DNA of 64,000 bases from a candidate division FCPU426 bacterium (GTDB lineage Bacteria > Oederibacteriota > Muellerivitia > Muellerivitales > Muellerivitaceae), in the NCBI GenBank assembly GCA_963847625.1, contig CAWKAR010000038.1:1-64000 (forward strand), given 5' to 3'. The position numbers and the translations under genes are program-made. Shown here piece by piece: positions 49,695 to 58,362 of the stretch. How positions within the stretch are numbered: the stretch's first letter is position 1; each line of letters opens with the position of its first letter. The notes beneath the pieces were generated by a model. That model was not told the origin of the DNA and made no database searches. It saw only the letters and a list, made by a program, of their open reading frames with translations.

Positions 49695-50729
49695 ATGGAA
49701 ATCCTACTTCTCAGACTCGACCGGATCGGTGATTTTATCCTGGGGATTCCAGCCTACCGCGCCTTAAGGCAGGCATACCCCAACGACCGGATCTCGGTCA
49801 TTGTCCCCTCGAATGTGGCCGAACTGGCCGAAGCTTGCCCCTATTTCGATGAGGTCTTCCTATATGAGGCCCTCTGGCTGAAACCCGGGGTTCCGCTCCT
49901 GGACCGTTGGAAATCCGCCCTGAAATTAATCCGGTTCCTCCGGTCCATGCCCCTGGACTTGGTCCTGAATTTCCGGTACCAAAGCCGCCTGGACCCGCTG
50001 GTCACCGGCTTCTCGGGCGCGAAAAAACGCGTTGGTTTCAACCTGGGATGGGTCAGCTGGTTTTTATCCCAAAGGGTTTCCCATCCGTCTCCCGACTTCC
50101 ACCAGGTGGACCGCAACCTGCATTTGCTGGATGCGATGGGCATCCAGGCTCAGGACCGGCAATTGGAAATTTGGACGGAGGAAAGGGACAAGAAAACCGC
50201 CGAAAGCCACATGCCTGCCCAGGAACTTCTTCCGGGTATTCCCTCCATCGCGGTCCACGTGGGCGCGGCCACGCCATCCAAAAAATGGATGGAGGAAAAT
50301 TTCTCCAACCTCATTTTCGAGCTCCATGCCATCACCCAGGCGGACATTATGGTTCTGGGCGGTGAACAGGACCTGCCGGCCGCCCATGAAGTCGTGGACG
50401 GGTTGGAATGTCCCTGCGTGAACTTGGCTGGGAAGTTGAGCCTGCGCCAAATGGCCGCGCTGATCAAGCAATGCCAAGTCTTTATCGGCTGTGACTCCGG
50501 CGCCACGCACTTAGCGGCCGCTTGCGGGATTCCGGTGGTCTGCCTTTTTTCCGCGGCCAATGAGGAGGCGGTCTGGAGGCCCTGGGGGCCCAAGGTGAAG
50601 GTGTTGACCGCCCACCCGGATTGCTCGCCCTGCCGGAGCCACGAGTGCCTGCGCACCGACGGCTATTTCTGCATGAACGAAATCAAGGTGGAGGATGTGG
50701 TGGCTGAAGTGAAGGCTTTGCTGGGCTGA
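49695..50729 (+). CDS. GT9 glycosyltransferase (LPS heptosyltransferase-like)
   Basis: RLDRIGD, HQVDRNL, HVGAATPSKKW, NLAGKLSL, GCDSGATHLAAA. Confidence 0.92.
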   Translation: MEILLLRLDRIGDFILGIPAYRALRQAYPNDRISVIVPSNVAELAEACPYFDEVFLYEALWLKPGVPLLDRWKSALKLIRFLRSMPLDLVLNFRYQSRLDPLVTGFSGAKKRVGFNLGWVSWFLSQRVSHPSPDFHQVDRNLHLLDAMGIQAQDRQLEIWTEERDKKTAESHMPAQELLPGIPSIAVHVGAATPSKKWMEENFSNLIFELHAITQADIMVLGGEQDLPAAHEVVDGLECPCVNLAGKLSLRQMAALIKQCQVFIGCDSGATHLAAACGIPVVCLFSAANEEAVWRPWGPKVKVLTAHPDCSPCRSHECLRTDGYFCMNEIKVEDVVAEVKALLG

Positions 50730-50734
50730 CAACC

Positions 50735-51298
50735 TTATACCAACAACAACTCATCGTCGGGCGTGAGGAAGCGCCATTTGCCCGATTCTACGTCCAGGTT
50801 CAACCCGCCGATTCTTATCCGCTTCAATTCCAGGACCTTCAGGGGTGTCTTGAATTTCGGGTCCTTCATGCTACCGAACATCCGGCGGATATGCCGGTTC
50901 TTGCCCCCGCTCAACACCACTTCCAGCTTGGTCTTGTTTCCCCCGCCACCGATGATGGAAACCTGCGACGCCTTGAGGATTTCCCCGGAATTCTCCACCC
51001 CCTTCAGGGCCATTCGAAGGTGCTCGGGGGTGACGATGCCCCTCACCAGGACCTCGTAGGTTTTCCGGCAGAAGCCGGGCTCGGTCAGGCGGTCCAAGAG
51101 CTTGGTGTTGCGGGTGAAGAGGAGCAGGCCCTTGGAATCCAGGTCCAAGCGGCCCACGGGTTTCCAGCCTTCCGCGTAGGCCCAATCGGGCAGGAGCTCG
51201 TAGACGATCTTGCGGTCCTTCTCGTCGGAGCGGGTGACCAGGTAGCCCTTGGGTTTGTTGAGCATGAAGAGGCGGGCTGAAGACGTGGGTGGCGTCAT
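50735..51298 (-). CDS. RsuA/RluE-family pseudouridine synthase (no S4 domain)
   Basis: LNKPKGY, PVGRLDLDSKGLLL, GKNRHIRRM, LKRIRIG. Confidence 0.9.
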   Translation of the reverse strand: MTPPTSSARLFMLNKPKGYLVTRSDEKDRKIVYELLPDWAYAEGWKPVGRLDLDSKGLLLFTRNTKLLDRLTEPGFCRKTYEVLVRGIVTPEHLRMALKGVENSGEILKASQVSIIGGGGNKTKLEVVLSGGKNRHIRRMFGSMKDPKFKTPLKVLELKRIRIGGLNLDVESGKWRFLTPDDELLLV

Positions 51299-51364
51299 TT
51301 GAGTTCGTTCCTTTGCGATTGATTTATTCAATTTCGAAACTTTTCAAATTGAAAATCGGCAAGC

Positions 51365-51530
51365 AAACGCCCAAACAATCTAAATTAAGTCGGCCCAGGG
51401 GGTATCCCTATTTCCCTATAGGCCCATTCGGGCAGAAGTTCTCAATAATCCTAAGGTCCTTCTGATCGGAGCGGGTGACCAGATAACCTTTGGGTTTATT
51501 GAGCATGAAGAGTTTGGGTTTGATTTCCAT
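51365..51530 (-). pseudogene. Degraded duplicate of the 5' end of the pseudouridine synthase
   Basis: Reads MEIKPKLFMLNKPKGYLVTRSDQKD, then after frameshifts ELLPEWAY and GRLNLD. Confidence 0.8.
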
Positions 51531-51578
51531 CGTCACTGTTCCTTGCAAGCTTTAGCGAACTGAAAAATAACTTCTTTT

Positions 51579-51697
51579 GCCACAGATGCATGGGATACGT
51601 GGGATTAACATAGAATTCAAAAATAAGAATTTAAAATTTTTCCATAAGGTTTCAGATATGTTTTAGCCTATCTAAATGCATCCCCTGAATCCGTGGC
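51579..51697. repeat. Palindromic intergenic repeat, family A copy 1
   Basis: GCCACAGATGCATGGGAT ... TGCATCCCCTGAATCCGTGGC. Confidence 0.8.
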
Positions 51698-51710
51698 TAA
51701 GACGTAGTTC

Positions 51711-52904
51711 TTACAGGGCTTCCTTGAAGACTTTGCCCAGGCGGCGGATGCCTTCCCGGATTTTCTCCTTGTCCACCGCGCAATAGGTCAAGCGCAGGGT
51801 GTTCAAACCCTGGCCTTCCTTCGTATAAAAGGCCGTCCCCACCACGTAAGCCACCTTGGCCGCCACCGCCTTCTCGAAGAGGGTGACCGCGTTGAGCCCC
51901 TCCGGCAATTCGGCCCAAAGGAAGAACCCACCCAGGGGATGGTTGTGGCGGATTTCCGAGGGGAAATGTTCCTGGATGGCGGACATCATGGCGTCCCTGC
52001 GGCCCTGGTAGGTGCCGATGAGTTTCGCAAGGTGGTCCTTCAGGTGGCCTCCCCGGAAGAAATCCGCCGCGATGACCTGCGACAGCACGTCAGTGCAGAC
52101 GTCGGCGGTTTCCTTGGCCATGGTCATGCGGGCCACGAGGGAGGGGCCGGCGCAGACCCAGCCCAGCCTCATGCCGGGTGAGGCGATCTTGCTGAAACTG
52201 CCCAGGTAGATGACCCGGCCATCGGTGTCGAAGGCCTTGAGGGGCTTGATGGGCTTGCCGGTGAAATTCAACTCGCCGTAGGGGTTGTCCTCGACGATGA
52301 GGACGTCGTGCCTGCGGGCGACATCCAGGAGCTGGGCCCTTTGCGCCTCCGGGAGGGTGGAACCGGCGGGATTCTGGAAAGTCGGGATCGTGTAGATCAG
52401 CTTGGGTTTGGGGGAGGCTTTCGAGAGGATCTGGTCCAGCCGGGGGATATCCATCCCCGTTTCGCCGCAGGGAACCGGCAAGAATTCGACGGAGAAATTG
52501 CGGAAGCAAAGAAGGCCCCCCAGGTAGCTGGGCTCCTCCACCACCACGGAATCCCCGGGATTCAAGAGGGTGAGGCCCGACAAAAAGAGCCCCTGCTGGC
52601 TTCCGGTCGTGATCAGGATATTCTCGACGGCGCAGGGAATGCCCTGGGCTTTCAGGTAATCGGCCACCGCTTCCCGAAGGAGCGTCCAGCCGATCGTCTC
52701 GCCGTATTGGAGGGAGAATTTGCCCTGCTCCCGGATGACCTTGGAGGCGATATCGGCCAGGATATCCTTGGGGAACAGCTCCGCGTCGGGGGTGCCGCCG
52801 GCGAAGGAGATGATGTCGGATTGTTGGACCAATTTGAGCAGGGCGCGGATGACGGAGGGTTTCATCGAGTTGGAAACGTTGGAAAAACGGTGGTCGTAAT
52901 CCAT
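51711..52904 (-). CDS. PLP-dependent class I aminotransferase (LysN/MocR-type, no HTH)
   Basis: ISFAGGTP, TGSQQ, PTFQNPAG, VEDNPY, GSFSKIASPGMRLGW. Confidence 0.92.
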   Translation of the reverse strand: MDYDHRFSNVSNSMKPSVIRALLKLVQQSDIISFAGGTPDAELFPKDILADIASKVIREQGKFSLQYGETIGWTLLREAVADYLKAQGIPCAVENILITTGSQQGLFLSGLTLLNPGDSVVVEEPSYLGGLLCFRNFSVEFLPVPCGETGMDIPRLDQILSKASPKPKLIYTIPTFQNPAGSTLPEAQRAQLLDVARRHDVLIVEDNPYGELNFTGKPIKPLKAFDTDGRVIYLGSFSKIASPGMRLGWVCAGPSLVARMTMAKETADVCTDVLSQVIAADFFRGGHLKDHLAKLIGTYQGRRDAMMSAIQEHFPSEIRHNHPLGGFFLWAELPEGLNAVTLFEKAVAAKVAYVVGTAFYTKEGQGLNTLRLTYCAVDKEKIREGIRRLGKVFKEAL

Positions 52905-53042
52905 GGAAAGCTCCCGAGTTCATTTCCGGGTTTATTTAAAAATCCGGTCCCCCAAGATACCGGCAACGACTTGAGACATCAAGCGTTGTAAATTAACTCA
53001 ATCATTCATAATTCAAAACCACACCTGTCCAAAATAAATCTA

Positions 53043-53134
53043 GCCACGGATGCATGGGATTCATGGGATTTAAAAACACAAATATTTAAAGCTTTTTTTA
53101 TGGTCTATCCGAGTGCATCCCCTGAATCCGTGGC
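53043..53134. repeat. Palindromic intergenic repeat, family A copy 2
   Basis: GCCACGGATGCATGGGAT ... TGCATCCCCTGAATCCGTGGC. Confidence 0.8.
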
Positions 53135-53374
53135 AAAGGACTAGGTTTTGCTTAACGCCTTTTAGATTAAAGAATTCCTGATTTTATTTATCTTTGTTTC
53201 CTGGATTTTGTTTAATTTGGACAGCTATGATTCAAAACTTAGAATTCAAAATTGCCTCTATTGGTTCCCCTTTCGCTGGGAAGCGGCCATTCCAATGGGT
53301 CTCTTGGCCGGGCTTTCGCCAGAGGGGGCCGGGTGTTTTTTGAAACCAGAAAAGAGCATTCAAACGCGGATTAA

Positions 53375-54790
53375 TTAAAAGGTTTGGAGGTCCTGGAAGA
53401 TTTTATCGGCGACGCATTCACCCGCCGCGATGGCGTCGGGGATGCCGATGCCCTTCAATCCGTTTCCCGCCAGGTAAAGGCCTTTGGTTTCGCTCACTTT
53501 TTTCAAGAGGTTTTCCACCAGGTCAGCGTGTCCTGGACGGTAATAGGACATGGAGGAAGTATAAAGCGATAAGTGGTGAACCATGGGCCGGTAGTGCAGT
53601 TTCAGAAGGGGAGAGAGTTCGATCAAAACATCCTCCAGGAGGGCTTCCTCTCCCTCCTTTTGGGCCACGGCGACTGCATCGGCACCCAGGAATACCCGCA
53701 ATAACACAGTACCTTCCGGGGCGCGGCCCGGGAATTTTTGGCTGGCGAAGGTGCAACCCACGATTAACCTTTTTTCCTTTGAGGGAACCACAAATCCGAA
53801 ACCATTCAAGGGATGGCCCACATCCTGACGGCGGAAACCCAGGTTCAAGGTTGCGGAGTCATGGGCGGGTATTTTTTCCAAAAGATTGTCCCAGTTGGGG
53901 TCCAAAGATTTCAGGAGAGGCCGCATTTTGGAAGGCTGGATGGCTAAGACCACCTTTTCCACTTCCTGGGTATGGCCCTGCGTTGTAACCACCCAGGTTC
54001 CGTGACCGCTGGGGGCCAGGGATTCCACTGGATGTTGCATCCAAAGGCACTCGGGCGGGATTTTGGAGGCCAAAGCTTCCGCGAAGGACTGCATGCCGTC
54101 CTTGAATGAGACAAAAAGGGAATAACGGGCACCCGAGACACGGGTCTGGGAGTTTAGGCGCCTGGCCGCCATGGCTTTCAACAGGGAACCATATTGGATT
54201 TCCATTTCCTTGAAGCGGGGGGCGCACGTCTCCAGACTCAACTCGAAGGGGTCGGCGTTATAGACACCCCCCATGAGTGGCTGGGCCAGGTAATCCAAAA
54301 CTTCACGGCCCAGGCGGCGGATCACGAAGTCCCCGATGCTTTCATCCCCCGCGTCCTTGCGGACCGGCACGAAGGGTTCGAAACACGCCCTCAGCTTTCC
54401 CCGGATGGAAAGCAAAGGTGTTGTTATGAGGGGCATGAGGCGGGAAGGGGCCATGAGGTAGAAACCCTCAGGGATCGGATGGAGCCGTTCCCCTTTGAGG
54501 ATGAAGGATTGGAGGATATCCGGATTGGTTCTGACGAGACGATCTTCGAGTCCCAGGCGCTTGACCATGGCCATCCCCGCGGGTTTATCAGTGATGAAAC
54601 AATCGGGGCCTTCCTCCATGAGGAAGCCCGCTTTTTTCACCGTCCCCAGGGTCCCGCCGGGCTTTTTCGCGCCATCCAGGATGTTTAAATCCAGATGTAG
54701 GTCTTTTCCCTGGGATAGCTCCAAAAGCCGCAGGGCGGCCGCCAGCCCGCTGACTCCCGCCCCGATGATGGCGACTCGTAAGTAATTCAA
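53375..54790 (-). CDS. hemY: Protoporphyrinogen/coproporphyrinogen oxidase (HemY type)
   Basis: IIGAGVSGLAAA, EEGPDCF, DESIGDFVIRRLG, GFGFVVP, GIGIPDAI. Clustered with hemH and hemE. Confidence 0.92.
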   Translation of the reverse strand: MNYLRVAIIGAGVSGLAAALRLLELSQGKDLHLDLNILDGAKKPGGTLGTVKKAGFLMEEGPDCFITDKPAGMAMVKRLGLEDRLVRTNPDILQSFILKGERLHPIPEGFYLMAPSRLMPLITTPLLSIRGKLRACFEPFVPVRKDAGDESIGDFVIRRLGREVLDYLAQPLMGGVYNADPFELSLETCAPRFKEMEIQYGSLLKAMAARRLNSQTRVSGARYSLFVSFKDGMQSFAEALASKIPPECLWMQHPVESLAPSGHGTWVVTTQGHTQEVEKVVLAIQPSKMRPLLKSLDPNWDNLLEKIPAHDSATLNLGFRRQDVGHPLNGFGFVVPSKEKRLIVGCTFASQKFPGRAPEGTVLLRVFLGADAVAVAQKEGEEALLEDVLIELSPLLKLHYRPMVHHLSLYTSSMSYYRPGHADLVENLLKKVSETKGLYLAGNGLKGIGIPDAIAAGECVADKIFQDLQTF

Positions 54791-54886
54791 GTTATTCCAA
54801 TTCCTTAAAAAACAAATGAAAGATTAGCAAGGTTGATCGCCCTAAATAAATAATAGATAAATTTGGCCCCTGTCGTGGACAGTTTT

Positions 54887-55741
54887 TCAATCATTTCCAA
54901 GATACGTGAACTTCCCGGTATCTAAGTCGATTTCGCCCCAACATCTACCGCCGAATGTAACGTTTACGATCCCTTCGCCAAAGCTAATCGAATCGATCCC
55001 TTTATGATAAAGCGCAACCATGCCCGGATCATCCGTTTGAAGAATATCGTCTTTCAAATTCGGGAAAATATATTTCATGTTACTTTTCCCATCACTCCTA
55101 TTGCGCCAAAAGCCCGAAGATTCCATTACCTTGATTACATTTGAACACCATAAGGGTTTTCCATTAAGGTCGGTTGCGATAACTGATTTTAAGTTTTTCG
55201 AAACTAGGATTTTCATATTTTTGTTTTTATTTACCCAACCTTTTTTAAAATCTCCCGCCCAATAGGAATTAATTCTTTTTGATTTTTCGATGTCCCTGTA
55301 ATAGCCACAAACCAAACCCCTAATCTGATCCAAATTTGGGTTGTGCAAATTTGCTGGCAATTGAGAGTAATATGAAACGCAAAAACCATTTTTAACTTTT
55401 AAAAATACACCTAAATGATCGATAACTGGGCGCAGAGAGCTTTGGTAATAAATGTAATAACTTTTATTGGAAATGCCGGCCAACACCAATTTGAAGTTGT
55501 GAAAATGTTCATCACCGTTCAGCATATCCAACAACCTTTGATCTTGAATCTTTTTTTCGTTCTCTTCTAATTTCTTTTCCGTATCAGCCGGTAATTCTTT
55601 CAAATCAGAAACCGGTTGATAGGTTTCTGTTAAAAAAGAATATAGACCTGGGTTTTTGATATCTGAATAATTCTTTTCGGTGGCATGAGTAAATCCGAAG
55701 GTGGCGAACACAATAAAAAATAAAACTAAATATTTATTCAC
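54887..55741 (-). CDS. AT-rich hypothetical secreted protein whose original start codon was split by IS30
   Basis: (V)NKYLVLFFIVFATFGFTHA signal peptide. The native RBS GAGGGGG and ATG lie beyond the IS at 56797-56812. Confidence 0.65.
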   Translation of the reverse strand: MNKYLVLFFIVFATFGFTHATEKNYSDIKNPGLYSFLTETYQPVSDLKELPADTEKKLEENEKKIQDQRLLDMLNGDEHFHNFKLVLAGISNKSYYIYYQSSLRPVIDHLGVFLKVKNGFCVSYYSQLPANLHNPNLDQIRGLVCGYYRDIEKSKRINSYWAGDFKKGWVNKNKNMKILVSKNLKSVIATDLNGKPLWCSNVIKVMESSGFWRNRSDGKSNMKYIFPNLKDDILQTDDPGMVALYHKGIDSISFGEGIVNVTFGGRCWGEIDLDTGKFTYLGND

Positions 55742-56795
55742 CCGAGTTCCATAAGTAAGTGCAACACTTAGTGTCTGAAGAAGGCCGCATGAATAGGATA
55801 TGCGGCTATGAAAAAGAAATACAAGCATTTAAGCGTTGAAGAAAGAGATCATTTATCCGTCTTGAAAGGAAAGGGTCTTAGCCTTCGAGCAATTTCACGC
55901 GCCTTGAAGAGGTCTCCTTCCACCCTCTCCAGGGAACTCAAGCGCAATGCTCCCCCTATCCGTTCTGGTTATTATCTTTCTCATCGAGCCCATCAACGGT
56001 ATGTTGACCGCAACCAACAACGAGCACGCCGTTTACGCCTGAAAACAAAACGAATTCGTGCCTACGTCCGTCGTCAATTGAAACGAGGCTGGTCTCCAGA
56101 ACTCATTTCAGGTCGATTAGGTCACCTACGGCCTAAGCAAACCATTGGTCCTGAAGCTATCTATCAGTGGGTTTATGCTGAAGCCACTGAGCTGATTCCT
56201 TGCCTAGTTCGACACCACCGGCGACGATTCTCATTTGGCCATAGCCGTAAGCACGCCAAAAACCATATCCCAGGCCGTGTTTCCATCGATAAGCGCTCCG
56301 AGATCGCCAATCAACGCAAGCAATTCGGCCATTGGGAAACCGACACCATGGTCTCTCGTCAGAGTAAAGTTGCTATGCGGGCTCTCGTCGAGCGTCAAAG
56401 CCGTTTTTCCAAGTTGGGAAAGCTCAAACGAAAGACCGCTCGCCAAATGAGTCATAGCCTCAACCGCGCTTTATGCCGCTTCCCTCAAGACGCCCGCCTG
56501 AGTCTGACCTATGACAACGGAACCGAAAACACCAACCACTTGGAAACCAACCACGTGCTTGGTACAAAATCCTTTTTCTGCGCCCCTTTCCACAGTTGGG
56601 AAAAAGGTACGGTGGAAAATACTATCGGTCTTGTCCGCCGCCATTTGCCTAAAAAGACTGATCTTGCTAAAGTGTCCTTCAAAGAATTCAGGACCATAGA
56701 AAGATGGCTCAATAACAGGCCCAGGAAATGTTTGGGCTTTAAAACTCCGGCGGAAGTCTTCCGGCGAAGTGTTGCACTTACTCCGTGAATTCGGC
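55741..56795 (+). mobile_element. IS30-family insertion sequence
   Basis: 27-bp imperfect IRs CCGAGTTCCATAAGTAAGTGCAACACT (55742) / AGTGTTGCACTTACTCCGTGAATTCGG (to 56794). TCA target duplication at 55738-55740 and 56796-56798. Confidence 0.9.
55808..56788 (+). CDS. IS30-family transposase
   Basis: RSPSTLSRELKRN, WSPELI, GHWETDT, TYDNGTE, WEKGTVENTIG, NNRPRKCLGFKTP. Confidence 0.95.
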   Translation: MKKKYKHLSVEERDHLSVLKGKGLSLRAISRALKRSPSTLSRELKRNAPPIRSGYYLSHRAHQRYVDRNQQRARRLRLKTKRIRAYVRRQLKRGWSPELISGRLGHLRPKQTIGPEAIYQWVYAEATELIPCLVRHHRRRFSFGHSRKHAKNHIPGRVSIDKRSEIANQRKQFGHWETDTMVSRQSKVAMRALVERQSRFSKLGKLKRKTARQMSHSLNRALCRFPQDARLSLTYDNGTENTNHLETNHVLGTKSFFCAPFHSWEKGTVENTIGLVRRHLPKKTDLAKVSFKEFRTIERWLNNRPRKCLGFKTPAEVFRRSVALTP

Positions 56796-56953
56796 TCATT
56801 TATTACCCCCTCTTCTATATCCCCATTGTCTACAGTGTGTCCCCGCCGTGGACAACGCATTTTTGTAGAATGAATTTTATTTATTTGAGCTTCTCTCTAA
56901 CAAGCGGTTCACCATTACAAGAATTCCTAAGCTAGAATCGTCGGTCGGTCTTG

Positions 56954-57913
56954 TTAAAACTTCAAATCCGAGGCTTCCTCGACGAGGGAAGCCAGCAACC
57001 CAATGAAGGAAGGGCGGGTCCCGACTGTTTCCGCCCGGACCATGTTAATCCCTACTTTCTGGGCCCTGGAACGGGCCAGGATGTCGATGTCATAAAGCAC
57101 CTCGGCGTGGTTTACTAAAAAACCGATGGGTGCCACTACGCAGGCGGCTAATCCTTCCTTGGAGCGGCGTTCCAGAAAATCCCCCAGGTCAGGCTCAAGC
57201 CAGCGGTCTTCCGGCCGTCCGCTTCGGCTGGTGTAGGCCAGGTGGAAATAGGGGATTCCCAGTCTTTCCTGCACGAGCCGGGCGGTTTCCTCGAATTGGG
57301 CCACATAGGAAGATTGGTTGGCGAGCGCGCTGGGAATGCTGTGGGTGGTAAAGATCAGCTCGGCTTTGGCGGCTTTTTTTTCTTTCGGAAGCAGTTTGGA
57401 AAAGGCAATCCGTGTTTCCTTCTCAATGGCGTGGACAAAACCGGGACGGTTGTGCCATTCGGGCGCGTAAGCGACATCGGGAATGGACATGCCCCTGCTT
57501 TTTAGGGAGTCCTTCGCCTCATCCACCTTCAATATATATTTCGTGAAGGAAGCCTGGCTTCGGAAAGGGGCCAGGATAATGGCAAAGATGTGTTTTTTAC
57601 CCTGGCGGGAAAGGTCCTCGAGGGTTTGAGCGACCGTCGGGGAGGAATGGGCGAATCCCAAAGAAACCGGAATTTCCAACCCCCGGGCGTTCAGGAGTTT
57701 CTGGAGCGCCTGGGCCTGGGCCCGGGTGAGCTGGTTATAAGGCGAGATACCGCCGATTTGCTTGTATTGGTCAGAGACCAATTTCAATCTTCCCGGGGGG
57801 ATATCCCGCCCGCGAGTGACGTCTTCCAGGAAGGGAAGGACGTCCTCGGATTTTTCGGGGCCGCCGAAACCGATCAACAAAATAGCGTCGTGTTTTATAG
57901 GGTTCAAGTTCAT
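56954..57913 (-). CDS. hemH: Ferrochelatase
   Basis: LLIGFGGP, YKQIGGISP, FTTHSIP, SRSG..WLEPD, PIGFLVNHAEVLYDID. Confidence 0.92.
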   Translation of the reverse strand: MNLNPIKHDAILLIGFGGPEKSEDVLPFLEDVTRGRDIPPGRLKLVSDQYKQIGGISPYNQLTRAQAQALQKLLNARGLEIPVSLGFAHSSPTVAQTLEDLSRQGKKHIFAIILAPFRSQASFTKYILKVDEAKDSLKSRGMSIPDVAYAPEWHNRPGFVHAIEKETRIAFSKLLPKEKKAAKAELIFTTHSIPSALANQSSYVAQFEETARLVQERLGIPYFHLAYTSRSGRPEDRWLEPDLGDFLERRSKEGLAACVVAPIGFLVNHAEVLYDIDILARSRAQKVGINMVRAETVGTRPSFIGLLASLVEEASDLKF

Positions 57914-57966
57914 TTCCTGTTAAGGATAAAACGTCTCAAGACCAACCCTAACGGCAAAATTTTTTA

Positions 57967-58299
57967 GCCACGGATGCAGGGGATGTGCCGATTCACTCCA
58001 AAAGCAGTCAAGGAAATCGGTACTATACCGAACTTTCATTGAAACCTTCATTGAGGTTCGGCATGCACTCGGATAGGCCAAAGAAAAAAGGCTTTTAATT
58101 TTTGTTTTTTAAATCCAATGAATCCCATGCATCCGTGGCTAGAGATTATTTTGGATTGGTGTGATGCTTTAGTATATCTCACGAATCCCCTGCATGCCGA
58201 CCTTCTTTAAATCTGTTAAAGAGGAAATGGCTTTGCCATTTCAGGGGGTATAGTACCGATCCCAATAAATGTTTTAAGGTGAATCGGTACATCCGTGGC
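57967..58299. repeat. Family A repeats (copy 3 inverted, copy 4 partial), each carrying an inserted family B mini-element
   Basis: Copy 3 matches the reverse complement of 53043-53134 with an insert at 57986-58062. Copy 4 has a related insert at 58196-58289. Confidence 0.75.
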
Positions 58300-58362
58300 A
58301 AGATTTTATTATTGACTGAGGTGTTTTTAATTAATGCCAAGAAGCCAGTTGGAACTGGTTGC

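Noticed and set aside
52090..52991. Long alternate-frame ORFs over GC-rich genes (also 45068-45586 and 43080-43820)
   Set aside because: They overlap confidently identified genes and have no recognisable motifs.
48767..53243. Scattered AATTCAAAA/AATTTAAAA short repeats (48767, 51611, 53231)
   Set aside because: Too short and AT-rich to separate from background.
55742..55828. N-terminal extension of ORF 54887-55828
   Set aside because: It lies within the IS30 left end. The real gene began at MNKYL.
54868..56857. TGTC..GGACA mini-palindromes flanking the AT-rich gene as integron attC sites
   Set aside because: No RYYYAAC/GTTRRRY core pairs and no integrase.
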